From the IMG/VR virus record IMGVR_UViG_3300031555_002578: a stretch of 64,000 nucleotides of DNA, one strand, 5' to 3'. A program made the position numbers and the translations under genes. Positions 11,258 through 21,911 of the stretch are shown here, one piece after another (position 1 is the stretch's first letter; every line of letters starts with the position of its first letter). Below the pieces are notes generated by a model that had not been told where the DNA came from, searched no databases, and saw only the letters and a program-made list of their open reading frames with translations. Source of the stretch: a virus. Its lineage: Duplodnaviria > Caudoviricetes.

Positions 11258-11286
11258 TTGCCAAAACCCCTCCCCTACCCTATAAT
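11258..11286 (+). promoter_or_regulatory. Sigma-A promoter for the DUF3825 gene
   Basis: TTGCCA-N17-TATAAT followed by AAGGAG RBS. Confidence 0.75.
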
Positions 11287-11311
11287 ATACATTAAGAAAG
11301 GAGATGTTTTT

Positions 11312-12052
11312 ATGGAAATATACGATTATATTTATTGGGGAGACTATAATAAACGTATGGATGAATTGGCAACTTTAACTAATGAAGAATGGAATTATGG
11401 CACACGCACAGATAATCATATTTTAAAAAAATATATGAGACACACATATTGGAAATTAGAAGAAGAAGGTAAAGTAATTCGCACTGATTCTTATACTATT
11501 TTTAACACAGGTCTTTTCACTTCAATTTATGAACCAATTTATGTTTTAGCAAATAAAGCATCAGAAGGATATACAAGTGATTGGATATTTGCAGGATTTT
11601 ATACTGAGTATGAACTTGGACATATTGGTATTTATGAACTACCAGAAAGAGCAAATTATTTCCAAGACCCTTCCCTTCTTATTTTTGACCCAAATTGCAA
11701 AATTAACGTTCAATATAAACATATCCTTGAAGATGAAGATAATAAACGTAGACTAGAAGAAATTTTAGGAGAAAATCAAAATATTATCTCTTTGCTTCGT
11801 GGAGAAATAGAAATGATGAAGTTAAAAGTTTCTGCAAATTATAAATTAGCAGTGCCACAATATTTTAATGGCAAGATTCAACTTCTTCTTCCTCTTTGTT
11901 TAAATGATGGTGTTACACCAGACCTTGCTCTTGTAGTAACAAAAAATGATAGTGGTAATTTTTATCAAGGACATACTTGTTTAACTATTGACATGGCTTA
12001 TAGTAATGCAAGATTAATAGCCAAACCTACAACTAATTGGCTATTATTATAA
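11312..12052 (+). CDS. DUF3825 domain protein (stand-alone transcription unit)
   Basis: FNTGL...YKLAVPQYFNGKIQLLLPLCL...YQGHTCLTIDMAYSNARLI; terminator hairpin at about 12091-12122. Confidence 0.75.
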   Translation: MEIYDYIYWGDYNKRMDELATLTNEEWNYGTRTDNHILKKYMRHTYWKLEEEGKVIRTDSYTIFNTGLFTSIYEPIYVLANKASEGYTSDWIFAGFYTEYELGHIGIYELPERANYFQDPSLLIFDPNCKINVQYKHILEDEDNKRRLEEILGENQNIISLLRGEIEMMKLKVSANYKLAVPQYFNGKIQLLLPLCLNDGVTPDLALVVTKNDSGNFYQGHTCLTIDMAYSNARLIAKPTTNWLLL

Positions 12053-12194
12053 CTGCAACAACAAAAAAAATAAAATTTAATATTTAGATGAAAAAGTGCT
12101 GTCGCAAGATGGCACTTTTTTCATCTCCTAATTAGGTGCAAATTTTTATAAAAAGTAGAAATATAAAAGAAAAAATATTTAAGGAGTTGTTAAT

Positions 12195-12653
12195 ATGATT
12201 TATGTTTCTAAATATGCCCTTGGAGATGAATTTACAATAGAACATCTTAAATTGACAGGGTATGATTACATTCCAGAAAATATTAAATGTTATGTATCTC
12301 ACATTGTTGCACTAGAAACCAATTATATAATTCAATTATCTGTAGCAAAAGATTATCTTGAATATAAAAAAGATGATTTTTTAATGCACATTTATTATTG
12401 TATAGAAGATTATTATAAAGAGCCAGAATTTGCACAAACTTATCCTACTTATTTAGAGATACAAGATGTAATTGTAGATTCTTTTACTAAGCGTTGGTTT
12501 AAATTAGAATCAATAGAAGTTGATTATAAAAATGGTATTAAATATTGGTTTAAATCTTCTGATGAAAAAGAAATAGAATATAAAGAAGAAAAAATAAAAT
12601 TTTATATAAAAAATGGAATATTCAAATTAATAAGATTTAAAAATGAAAAATAA
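12195..12653 (+). CDS. Hypothetical protein
   Basis: ORF with AAGGAG RBS. Confidence 0.7.
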   Translation: MIYVSKYALGDEFTIEHLKLTGYDYIPENIKCYVSHIVALETNYIIQLSVAKDYLEYKKDDFLMHIYYCIEDYYKEPEFAQTYPTYLEIQDVIVDSFTKRWFKLESIEVDYKNGIKYWFKSSDEKEIEYKEEKIKFYIKNGIFKLIRFKNEK

Positions 12654-12749
12654 AAAACAAAAATAAAGGAAAAACTTAATTTTGCATCAAAATCGTATAT
12701 ATATTATATTTTATCTTTTATAGGTGTCTATATTATTAGTGTACACTTT

Positions 12750-12828
12750 ACTATACTTTTGTATAGTCAACTGAACCACCCCCCGTTCAGCACACTATAC
12801 TTTTGTCCCATGAACTGAACCACCCCCC
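12750..12828 (+). repeat. Direct repeat pair (ACTATACTTTTGT-N7-AACTGAACCACCCCCC) upstream of the Rep-like gene
   Basis: Two near-identical units about 44 bp apart. Confidence 0.85.
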
Positions 12829-12859
12829 ATTTTCATAAAAATTAAAAGGAGAGATTATT

Positions 12860-13618
12860 ATTAAAAAACAATATTTTACAAAAGTTCCAAATAGCTATAT
12901 TCAATGCAATATTAAAAACAAATTTGGCATAAGTAGAAAATTTTATATTACCTATATTTTGATTGACAGATATCGTTCTTATGAAGATTTTAGTTGGGTA
13001 ACAATTAAAAAAATTATGGAATTCTATGGATATAAAGCAAATAAGAATAAGCCAAAAACATTTAATGAGATATTAGATATTTTAGAATATATGATTAATA
13101 ATGAAATGATTGAGGTTGCCCAAGATTTAGATAGTTTATCTTATGATACTGGAATTGAAATTAAAATAAATGCCAAAAATTTTGATTGCCCTGAGAGATT
13201 TACAAAATTAGAATCTTATCAGTTAGACCACATTCTTACAGCAGAAACATCTTTAAATAAAGAAAATATATTAATGGCATTTCTTTACATTTCTTCTTAT
13301 ATTGGATGCAGAAAAAGAAATGAAGATGGCTCTGAATTAGAAAACCCACAAAATAATCCAGAAGCATTTTGGAAAAGCATCAATAATATGGCAAAAGATT
13401 TGGGTATGTCTAAATCTACAATATATCAATGTATTGATTATCTTACTACATACAATAATGATACTCCCCCACTTTTAATTAAACATAATATTTCTGAATT
13501 TAATAATGAAGAAAATTTAACTGGACTTCCTTCTATTTATGTTCTAAACAAAAAAGGATATGAAAATGAAATTAAATGGGCTATTAACAAAATGAAAGAA
13601 ATTTACGATATTAAATAA
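12860..13618 (+). CDS. Putative replication-initiator-like / wHTH DNA-binding protein; probable ATT start
   Basis: Frame is open from a stop at 12836; AGGAG RBS then ATT ATT ATT. N-terminal YFTKVPN; HTH-like SINNMAKDLGMSKSTIYQCIDYL. Confidence 0.55.
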   Translation: MKKQYFTKVPNSYIQCNIKNKFGISRKFYITYILIDRYRSYEDFSWVTIKKIMEFYGYKANKNKPKTFNEILDILEYMINNEMIEVAQDLDSLSYDTGIEIKINAKNFDCPERFTKLESYQLDHILTAETSLNKENILMAFLYISSYIGCRKRNEDGSELENPQNNPEAFWKSINNMAKDLGMSKSTIYQCIDYLTTYNNDTPPLLIKHNISEFNNEENLTGLPSIYVLNKKGYENEIKWAINKMKEIYDIK

Positions 13619-13717
13619 TGGGAGCAAGTTTATATTCTTCTATCGAAATATTAAATAGGAATACGATTCACCTCATTTAGTATTTCAAATTTTTAAATAT
13701 AAAGGAGAATATAAAAA

Positions 13718-13930
13718 TTGAAAAATAGTTTAATTAAATATGGGCATGATAGCCGATGTTTTTGTGGATACATATATGAAGCAGATTTTTGTACAGACCA
13801 TCCTCCAAAACATAAAGTTAATGAAGGTTCTAAAATTGCACAAAGAATAGAATCTAATTGGAAGTTTGATAGAGAATGCAATAAGTCTGCAAAAAATAGA
13901 GAATTTAAAAAGGTTGTGGATAACGCATGA
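13718..13930 (+). CDS. Hypothetical protein
   Basis: TTG start with AAGGAG RBS; overlaps the next start. Confidence 0.6.
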   Translation: MKNSLIKYGHDSRCFCGYIYEADFCTDHPPKHKVNEGSKIAQRIESNWKFDRECNKSAKNREFKKVVDNA

Positions 13931-14337
13931 CCTTTACAAAGAATGATTACAAATTTTTTAAAAAAGCAAAACAAGTAGCCACGGTTTCTGATTTTAATAA
14001 AGTACACATAGGTTGCGTTGCTGTATATCGGGGACAAGTTATAGGTATTGGATGCAATACAAATAAAACGCATCCATATCAGGCTAAATATAATAAATTA
14101 AGAGATGATATTTGGACAGAGCATAAGGCTCATGCTGAAATTGCCTGTTTGAATCAAATAAAACACATGGATATTAAATGGTCTAAAGTAAAATTATACA
14201 TATTTAGGACAAGATATGATAAACCTTATGGAATGTGTAGACCGTGTTCTGCTTGTATGGGGGCTATAAAAGACATTGGTATTAAAAATATTTATTATAC
14301 AACAGATAATGGTTATGTTTATGAGGAAATTATTTAG
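13927..14337 (+). CDS. Cytidine/deoxycytidylate deaminase family protein
   Basis: HAE motif plus RPCSAC zinc motif. Confidence 0.85.
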   Translation: MTFTKNDYKFFKKAKQVATVSDFNKVHIGCVAVYRGQVIGIGCNTNKTHPYQAKYNKLRDDIWTEHKAHAEIACLNQIKHMDIKWSKVKLYIFRTRYDKPYGMCRPCSACMGAIKDIGIKNIYYTTDNGYVYEEII

Positions 14338-14348
14338 GAGAAATTATT

Positions 14349-14973
14349 ATGAATAATATTTTTAATTTGCATGAATTTATTACGGTAATGAAAAGTTGGG
14401 AACAAATTGAACGATTTAAAGAAGAATTATATACATATAGAAAAAATATAGATGATTTTGAATTTTCTTTTCCTACTTTAGAATATCAATTAAAATTTGC
14501 ATTAGAGAAAATGTTTTGTGATGATTCAAATTTAAGTTGGATTGAATATTTTGTTTATGATTTAGATTTTGGCACGAAGTATGAAGATGGTATGATTAAA
14601 GATGGTGATGGCAATATTATTAAACTTGCTACTATTGAAGATTTGTATAATTTACTAATTAAGGAGATTGAAGAAAATGGCAAATTATAATATTCCTTTA
14701 GAAGAACAGGAAACAGTTATTCATTTTATGCGTGGAGAAGATTTTGCTACTATTTCTACAACTGATAGTACAATGATTACTAAAATGACTAAATTATGTG
14801 ACAATAATCCAGATATGTATAAAGTTATTAATGAAGATGGTGCTTCAAAAATATATCGTTGTTACGATAAATCTATGGTTAGTCTAAGACAGAAAAAACG
14901 TGAAGTAACAGAAGAACAAAGAAAAGCCGCAGGTGAACGCATGAGGAAATATCAAGCAAGTAAAAATACATAA
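14349..14973 (+). CDS. Two hypothetical proteins (14349-14690, 14677-14973)
   Basis: RBS-preceded ORFs in the operon. Confidence 0.7.
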
Positions 14974-15119
14974 TGCGTTGTTTTATGCCAAATTTTAAAG
15001 ATAGACTATTGTATAGAATTGATATATTATATCGGTTTATTAATTTATCATCTAAAATGATATGTTTTCTATTCAATAGTCTATCTTTGATTATTAATAT
15101 TAAAATGGAGGTGTTTCTA

Positions 15120-17747
15120 ATAGGAGAATTTGGATTAAAAATAAAAAATATAGAAGCAAGTACATTGTATGAATATAATATTGGGATTCGTGACCACTAT
15201 GATTATAAAGAAGCAATGTTTACAAATAGTTTATTTTTTGATTTTCTTATGGAAAATGGTATGACTACTTGGAAAGAAGAAAGTACAAGAGATATTATTT
15301 GTTTGGAATTTAATTTTGGCACTCGTTCTTATGAGCAAGAAATAGAACATATTACAAAGATTGCTCACAATGCTAGAAATGAATATAAACTTGCTAAATC
15401 TTTAAAAAATAAAAACGAGATTGAGAAAAAATATAATAAAAGAAAAAAAATTCAATCTCTTTATTTAGAAGCAAAGAAAAATAAAGATAAATATAAAAAA
15501 ATTTCTAAAGAAGAAATTAGACGTATTTTTTATAATGATGGTGTAAATGTTGAATATGTATCTCGCAAAAAAGATGGCACAATAAAGAAAGTTGAAACAA
15601 TTCATTATAAAATGCTCTATCGTAGCACTGGTAAAGCAAAAAAAGGTTCTTGTATGTTTATAAGAGATAAATTATATAAAAAAGCAAAAGATTTTTTATA
15701 TATGGGAATTAAACTATCTAAAAAGAATCCTATGATTGTTGAAATTAGTGCTTATGCCCCTCTTGTTTCTTCTACAATTGTAGACAAAATTAAAATCAAT
15801 CCAAGAAATATTTTAATTTTAGAAGATATTGATAGATTTTTTACTACAGATGTTGTAAGTATTGAAACGAATGAAAATAAGGAATGTATAGCAAAACATA
15901 TACAGAACTATAAATTAAAAAACACATTGTTTGATGGACAAGCATTAATAGATAGCAGTATATTCCCTTCTTGGGGGAATGGATACATTCTTTTAAGGCA
16001 TCATTTTACTAAAATGGCTGCATTTTGTGCTCATATTCAAGATTTTTTTAAAGATTATTTTGGAGATAAATATGATACAGCAACAGTATTGGATATGTTT
16101 GGCAATGAACATTATGTGAAAGATATTCAATTAATTACAACAGACAACGCAGTGAAATGGCTAAAGTTTGATAAAACATATGATTATTGGTGCAATAAAG
16201 TTGAAGAAAATGGATGTAATTTTGGTATTGTAAAAACAGCACATGAAAGTAAACTCGGCTCTGTTCAAAAAATGAGTTATCAGATGGTGAATTCGTTGGA
16301 TGAATCAATTATGCAAAATGTAATGAAAGAAAGTATTCAATATGTTGAAAGATTAAAACAAGATGATGATTTCTTTTTAGAATATTTAAAGAAAAACAGT
16401 AATTTTTCAAATGATTATGAAGTATTGATTGCTTTATGCGAACAAGATAGAGATTTTTTAAGGAGTAGTTATTTTAGACATAGAAAAGAATTTATAATTA
16501 AAAATTATGTTCTAAATATGAAAACAGGCAAGATTATTCAAAATGCAGAAAATCTTGTTATTGTTGGTTCTCCATATGCTATGTTATTATATGGTGCTAC
16601 TGGAAATAAAAATATTGTTGATGAAGACCCTACTTTTAATATTGAAGAAAATACTATTCAATGTTATACAGAAAGATTTGAAGATGGGGATTATTTGGCA
16701 TTTTTTAGAAGTCCTTTTAATTCAAAGAATAATCTCACATATTTACATAATTACAAACATGAATTATTAAAAAAATATTTTGAGTTTGGAGAACAAATCG
16801 TTGCAGTTAATTTGAATGGGACAGATTTCCAAGATAGAAACAATGGTTCAGACCAAGATTCAGACAGTGGATACTGTACAAATCAACCAGATATTGTAGA
16901 ACATGCAAGACAATGTTATTTAAACTATCATACTATTGTAAACAATATTCCAAAAGATAAAAATGTTTATGAGAACACAATGGATGATTATGCAAAAATA
17001 GATAATGCTCTCGCAGGTTCTCAAAGAGATATTGGAGAATCTAGTAATCTTGCTCAGATGGCTCAAACATATGCATGTAATTTTTCTGACCAAAAATATA
17101 TAGATTATGTTTGTATATTAAGTGTTTTGGCTCAGGTTGCTATAGACAATGCAAAACGTAGATTTGATATTGATTTGGCAGGAGAAATTCGTAGAATTAA
17201 AAAAGATTTAGATATTAAAGAAAATAAATATCCTAGTTTCTGGAGATTAATACGCAGAGATACCAAGTTTGAAAAGATAAATTGTAATTTAAAATGTCCA
17301 ATGAATTGTTTGTATGATGTTGATTTAAATAAATTTAGAAAAAATTCCTCTACATTGCCAATGGATGTATTTTTTCAAAAATTTGAATTAGAACAAAACA
17401 GAAAAACTTGTAAAAAAGTTGAAGAATTAATTCATAAATATTCTTTAAAAACTTTTGAGTATAATACTTCTGATGATGATAATTATAGAGATGAACAATA
17501 TTTATTATTAAGGAATGATTTTAATGATTTAATTAGCAACATTCAAAGAATTTATTTGTCTAGTAATTATATTGGATTAATGTCTTGGCTTATTGATAGG
17601 GCTTTTATGATTACACCAAACATTAATAGTAATCATAAAGTAATACAAACAAAAATACATACAAATAAAGCAATTTTATTAAAAGTTTTATATCAAGTAA
17701 ATTCAACAAATTTACTAAAAATATTTGCAAAAAATGTGCAAATTTAA
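15120..17747 (+). CDS. Single-subunit two-barrel RNA polymerase, SPbeta YonO-like
   Basis: YRSTGKAKKGSCMF, FFRSPF and the catalytic loop GSDQDSD (16851-16865); SPbeta-like neighbourhood (HU, phosphoesterase, terminase). Probable ATA start after GGAGGTG. Confidence 0.85.
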   Translation: MGEFGLKIKNIEASTLYEYNIGIRDHYDYKEAMFTNSLFFDFLMENGMTTWKEESTRDIICLEFNFGTRSYEQEIEHITKIAHNARNEYKLAKSLKNKNEIEKKYNKRKKIQSLYLEAKKNKDKYKKISKEEIRRIFYNDGVNVEYVSRKKDGTIKKVETIHYKMLYRSTGKAKKGSCMFIRDKLYKKAKDFLYMGIKLSKKNPMIVEISAYAPLVSSTIVDKIKINPRNILILEDIDRFFTTDVVSIETNENKECIAKHIQNYKLKNTLFDGQALIDSSIFPSWGNGYILLRHHFTKMAAFCAHIQDFFKDYFGDKYDTATVLDMFGNEHYVKDIQLITTDNAVKWLKFDKTYDYWCNKVEENGCNFGIVKTAHESKLGSVQKMSYQMVNSLDESIMQNVMKESIQYVERLKQDDDFFLEYLKKNSNFSNDYEVLIALCEQDRDFLRSSYFRHRKEFIIKNYVLNMKTGKIIQNAENLVIVGSPYAMLLYGATGNKNIVDEDPTFNIEENTIQCYTERFEDGDYLAFFRSPFNSKNNLTYLHNYKHELLKKYFEFGEQIVAVNLNGTDFQDRNNGSDQDSDSGYCTNQPDIVEHARQCYLNYHTIVNNIPKDKNVYENTMDDYAKIDNALAGSQRDIGESSNLAQMAQTYACNFSDQKYIDYVCILSVLAQVAIDNAKRRFDIDLAGEIRRIKKDLDIKENKYPSFWRLIRRDTKFEKINCNLKCPMNCLYDVDLNKFRKNSSTLPMDVFFQKFELEQNRKTCKKVEELIHKYSLKTFEYNTSDDDNYRDEQYLLLRNDFNDLISNIQRIYLSSNYIGLMSWLIDRAFMITPNINSNHKVIQTKIHTNKAILLKVLYQVNSTNLLKIFAKNVQI

Positions 17748-17963
17748 CAGTTTTTTGGGACACCGAATGAAATTTTAGTTTTAAAAACATTGATTTTTCA
17801 GCGTTTTTTATAAATTCATTAACCAATCTAATGAAGGAGAAAGTACATTTTGTACAAGTACCTTCTCCGCTAAGTACCAATTGCGGAATACAAATATGGA
17901 CAACGTTGTAAAATTCTAGTGCCTTGCCAGTCGGCTAATAGACTGGCTAAATTAAGACTGATT

Positions 17964-17999
17964 AAGACCTATGATTAATTTCATAGGTCTTTTTATTTT
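17964..17999 (+). terminator. Rho-independent terminator
   Basis: AAGACCTATGA-TTAATT-TCATAGGTCTT followed by TTTATTTT. Confidence 0.8.
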
Positions 18000-18012
18000 G
18001 AGGGAATTGTTT

Positions 18013-19446
18013 ATGAGTAAAAAAGACGATAAAGCAATAATTAAAGTTATCGGAGGTAACGCAGAAGCAGTTACAGGCTCTTGTTCTATCATTGAATATA
18101 AGGGTGAAACATACTTATTTGAATGTGGTATGTATCAGGGTAAAACAGTATCAGATACATACAAAGAAAACAAGAAACTTTTAAGTCAAATTAAACCACA
18201 GAAAGTTGATGTAATTATAATTGGACATAATCATTCTGACCATGTTTTAAATATTCCTGCACTTTATGCTACAGGAAAATGTCATGCAAGAATTATTGTT
18301 CCATATAAATCAACTGCAATTTTAAAAGAAATGTGGCTAGATGGTGCATTTATAAATGATAGAGATTCAAAAGTTTTATCTGCAAAAGCAGAAAAATTTA
18401 TCCCTCCCCTATTTACTGAAAAAGATGTATATGAAGCATTGAATTATATAGAAGAATATACTTCTAATGAAATTCACAGAATTACAGATTGGTTGTCAAT
18501 TAAGTATACTCATGCAGGTCATATTTTTCTTTCTCAACAGACGGAAGTTATATTAAAAGATACAGTAAATAAAACTATCTTATTTACTTCTGATATAGGT
18601 AATTTAACTACTCAAAATGAGCGTGTATTTGTAGAGCCTTTTGAGCCAATTAAGAAAGCAAATATTGTAATTGGTGAATGTACTTATTCTGCAAAAGGTA
18701 GAAGTACAACCAGAAAAGATTTTGATACAGATATTCAAAAAATTAAGAGTGTAATTACACAATATTGTATTGATAGTAGACATAGAGTGGTATGCCCCAC
18801 TTTTAGTTTAGATAGACTACCATTCATGATGTGGTTAATTTATTCTATTTTCAAAGATGATGATAGTTTTAATGTACCAATAATTATTGATAGTCCTTTA
18901 GCAATTAGATTACTATATTGTTATTCTGATTTATTAGAAGGAAAAGCAAAAGAAAAATTTGATGAAATGGTACATTGGGATAACTTTGAATTTATTTATA
19001 ACCCAGAAGATAGTAAAGATGCTGTTGCAGATAAAAGAGCAAAAGTTGTACTTTCATCAAGTGGTATGTTAACAGCAGGTCGTAGCGTTAAATGGGTGCA
19101 AAGTATATTGCCAAATGAAAATGATTGCATTTTATTTTGTGGATATAGTACAGAAGGTTCTTTAGCAGATAAAATCAAAAATGGTAATGCTCAAAAAACA
19201 ATTAACATTAATGGTAAACCATATAAAAATAAAGCAAATATTATTAGTTTAAATTCTTTTTCAGGTCATATGAACAGAAATGATATGCTTGAATATTATT
19301 CTTCAATTAATACAGAAAAGATTTATTTAGTTCATTCAGACCAACATAAAATTGAATTTAAAGAAGATTTGCAAAATTTAATACATGAAAAATTAAAGAC
19401 TACAAAAGTTGTGGCAGTTAATAAAGGCACAAAAATTGTGTTATAA
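18013..19446 (+). CDS. MBL-fold beta-CASP ribonuclease-like hydrolase
   Basis: VTGSCS, HNHSDH, HAGHI, FTSDIG, SSSGMLTAGR, FSGH motifs. Confidence 0.9.
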   Translation: MSKKDDKAIIKVIGGNAEAVTGSCSIIEYKGETYLFECGMYQGKTVSDTYKENKKLLSQIKPQKVDVIIIGHNHSDHVLNIPALYATGKCHARIIVPYKSTAILKEMWLDGAFINDRDSKVLSAKAEKFIPPLFTEKDVYEALNYIEEYTSNEIHRITDWLSIKYTHAGHIFLSQQTEVILKDTVNKTILFTSDIGNLTTQNERVFVEPFEPIKKANIVIGECTYSAKGRSTTRKDFDTDIQKIKSVITQYCIDSRHRVVCPTFSLDRLPFMMWLIYSIFKDDDSFNVPIIIDSPLAIRLLYCYSDLLEGKAKEKFDEMVHWDNFEFIYNPEDSKDAVADKRAKVVLSSSGMLTAGRSVKWVQSILPNENDCILFCGYSTEGSLADKIKNGNAQKTININGKPYKNKANIISLNSFSGHMNRNDMLEYYSSINTEKIYLVHSDQHKIEFKEDLQNLIHEKLKTTKVVAVNKGTKIVL

Positions 19447-19480
19447 AAGTTTAAGGAGAAAGGTTAAATACGGTTATTAT

Positions 19481-20101
19481 ATGGAAAGTATTCTACTACC
19501 TATTATTGAAGGTATTGGAAGTAAAGATGTTTTAACACCAGAAGAATATACATATTGGATGGCTAGACAGAATAGAACCTTTTATATTGATTTTGAAGTT
19601 GATGAGATGTATCAACTTATGGAATTAGGTAAAGTAATTATTCAAATCAATATGTCTGAAATTAATATTCCAAAAGAAGAATTGAAACCAATTTATCTAT
19701 TTATTCATAGTTATGGTGGAGATATTGAACAAGCAAATTTCTTTTGTGATTTAGTAAGAAGTAGCAGAGTACCTATTGTAACAATTGGTATGGGTGTTGC
19801 TATGTCAGCAGGTTTCTTGATTTTTATTTCTGGACATAGAAGATATGCTTTTAAACACTGTCAAATGCTTGTGCATCAAGGTAGTGCAGGTTTTGCAGGT
19901 ACAGCACAAGAAATTGAAGAAGCACAGAAAAATTATAAAAAACAAATCAATGAAATGAAAGAGTATATTCTTGAAAGAACAGAAATTGACGAAAAGACAT
20001 TTAATAAAAATAAAAATAAAGATTGGTATTTAACAAGTAAAGAACTTGTTGAATATAAAATTGTCGATGCTTTAATTGATAATTTTGAAGACATTATTTA
20101 A
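19481..20101 (+). CDS. ClpP-like protease
   Basis: IHSYGGD, AMSAG (catalytic Ser), LVHQ (His), DWYL. Confidence 0.85.
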   Translation: MESILLPIIEGIGSKDVLTPEEYTYWMARQNRTFYIDFEVDEMYQLMELGKVIIQINMSEINIPKEELKPIYLFIHSYGGDIEQANFFCDLVRSSRVPIVTIGMGVAMSAGFLIFISGHRRYAFKHCQMLVHQGSAGFAGTAQEIEEAQKNYKKQINEMKEYILERTEIDEKTFNKNKNKDWYLTSKELVEYKIVDALIDNFEDII

Positions 20102-20123
20102 GTTTAAAGAGAGGTAAATAAAA

Positions 20124-20348
20124 ATGGCAAAACAAGGTGTTAAATATACTGAAACAACTGGTAAAAATTTAAAAGCAGTAGGTATTCTTGATGCAGATAA
20201 AAATGCAATTCTGGTTGATGGTGAAGTTGTAAATATTTCTGCACTACTTTCTGAATTTGATGGTTTTGAAATTAGTTTTTCTCTATCTATGAAAACAGAA
20301 ATTGAATTAGATACTCCAGAAGTTGAAGATGAAGATGAAGAAGTCTAA
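20124..20348 (+). CDS. Small acidic protein, YonK-like by position
   Basis: Size, acidic tail and SPbeta-like synteny. Confidence 0.5.
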   Translation: MAKQGVKYTETTGKNLKAVGILDADKNAILVDGEVVNISALLSEFDGFEISFSLSMKTEIELDTPEVEDEDEEV

Positions 20349-20361
20349 GGTGAATTAATAT

Positions 20362-21540
20362 ATGTCTACATATAAACGATTTGAAAATGAAACTGATGAA
20401 GAATTAATCTTTCGTATTACTGGAGATAAAGATAAAATTGGTTCTTGGCAAGATGTAGCAGATATTTTAAATGAATTATTAGGAACAAATTATAATGCTA
20501 GTACATTCAGAAAAAAACGACAATATTTTGATACAATGATGAATGCAAATGAACATATTATTTTGCAAGACAAGAATTATATTGAAGAACTAAAGAGAGA
20601 GCGTCAAGAATTATATAAAGAACGTCAAAAATTATCAGATGAAAGAACTGAATTAAACAGATTATTGCGTAGAGAAGCAAGAAAAGAATCTTATCTTGAA
20701 ATGGTTCAAAGAGTAATTTCAGAAGATACTATTCCTATTAAGTTTGATATAGAATATAAACATATTGATTCTGATAATAGTCTATTGGTTCATTTAACTG
20801 ATATTCATGCAGGTATTTATATTGATAATTTTAAAAATATTTTTGATGAACATGTTTTAAAACAGCGTATTGAAAAATATACAAATGAAATTATTGACAT
20901 TCAAAAAAGACATCGTTCTAAAGATGCATATGTGGTTGTTGGAGAAATTTTATCTGGATTAATTCATAATAATTTAAGATTACAAAACAACATGGATTTA
21001 ATTGAACAATTTAAACTTTCTTCAGAATTAATTGCTTCTATGTTGATTTCTTTAGGTGAAAATTTTGAAAATGTTTATATGTATACAACTATGGGAAACC
21101 ATAGTAGAATTTCACCTAAAAAAGAAGATGCATTAGATGGTGAAAATATGGATATTTTACTTCCATATTATTTAAAAGCAAGATTACAGAATATTGATAA
21201 TATCCATATTGAAGATAATGATTTTATGCCTGATGTTGCTGTATTTAGAGTACATGGGAAATTAATTATGGCTTCACATGGACATAAAGATAGCCCTTCT
21301 AATGTAGTTCAAAACTTTACTCTATTATATCGTAAATGTCCTGATATTATATTACTTGGACATAGACATACGAATGGTTTAACAACAGTGTTTGATACAA
21401 AAGTTATTGAATCAGGATGTGTTTCTGGTGCTGACCAATATGCTTTAGATATTAGAAAAGCAACTCACCCAGAACAGACTGTTTCTGTAATAAATAATAA
21501 TGGTCTTGTTTGTATTTATGATATACAACTAGATAATTAA
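20362..21540 (+). CDS. Calcineurin-like metallophosphoesterase with an N-terminal coiled coil
   Basis: TDIH, GNH, HGH and GHRH motifs. Confidence 0.85.
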   Translation: MSTYKRFENETDEELIFRITGDKDKIGSWQDVADILNELLGTNYNASTFRKKRQYFDTMMNANEHIILQDKNYIEELKRERQELYKERQKLSDERTELNRLLRREARKESYLEMVQRVISEDTIPIKFDIEYKHIDSDNSLLVHLTDIHAGIYIDNFKNIFDEHVLKQRIEKYTNEIIDIQKRHRSKDAYVVVGEILSGLIHNNLRLQNNMDLIEQFKLSSELIASMLISLGENFENVYMYTTMGNHSRISPKKEDALDGENMDILLPYYLKARLQNIDNIHIEDNDFMPDVAVFRVHGKLIMASHGHKDSPSNVVQNFTLLYRKCPDIILLGHRHTNGLTTVFDTKVIESGCVSGADQYALDIRKATHPEQTVSVINNNGLVCIYDIQLDN

Positions 21541-21609
21541 TGGGACGATATTATATCGTTCTTTTTTAATTGTAAACGAAAAATTAGTTGATAAAAGGAG
21601 AAAATAAAT

Positions 21610-21894
21610 ATGCTAAATAAAGATAATTTTACAAGAAAATTTGCTTCTGAAACAGGTAGAACTATTACAGAATCTAAACAAATCGTAGAAGATTTTATTG
21701 CTACAATCACTAAATCAGTAGTTGAAGATGGTGGTGTTGATTTTTATGGTTTCATGAAAATTGAAAGAGTAACACAACCTGCAAGAGAACGTGTAAATCC
21801 TGCAACTGGTGATAAAATTATGTGTGAAGAAAAAGAAATTCCTAAAGCAAAATTTTCTAGCAGATTTAAAAAGGTTGTAAATGGTGAAGCCTGA
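21610..21894 (+). CDS. HU family DNA-binding protein
   Basis: FYGFMKIE...ARERVNPATGDKI...PKAKFS. Confidence 0.9.
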   Translation: MLNKDNFTRKFASETGRTITESKQIVEDFIATITKSVVEDGGVDFYGFMKIERVTQPARERVNPATGDKIMCEEKEIPKAKFSSRFKKVVNGEA

Positions 21895-21911
21895 TTAGGA
21901 GGTTTCTATAT

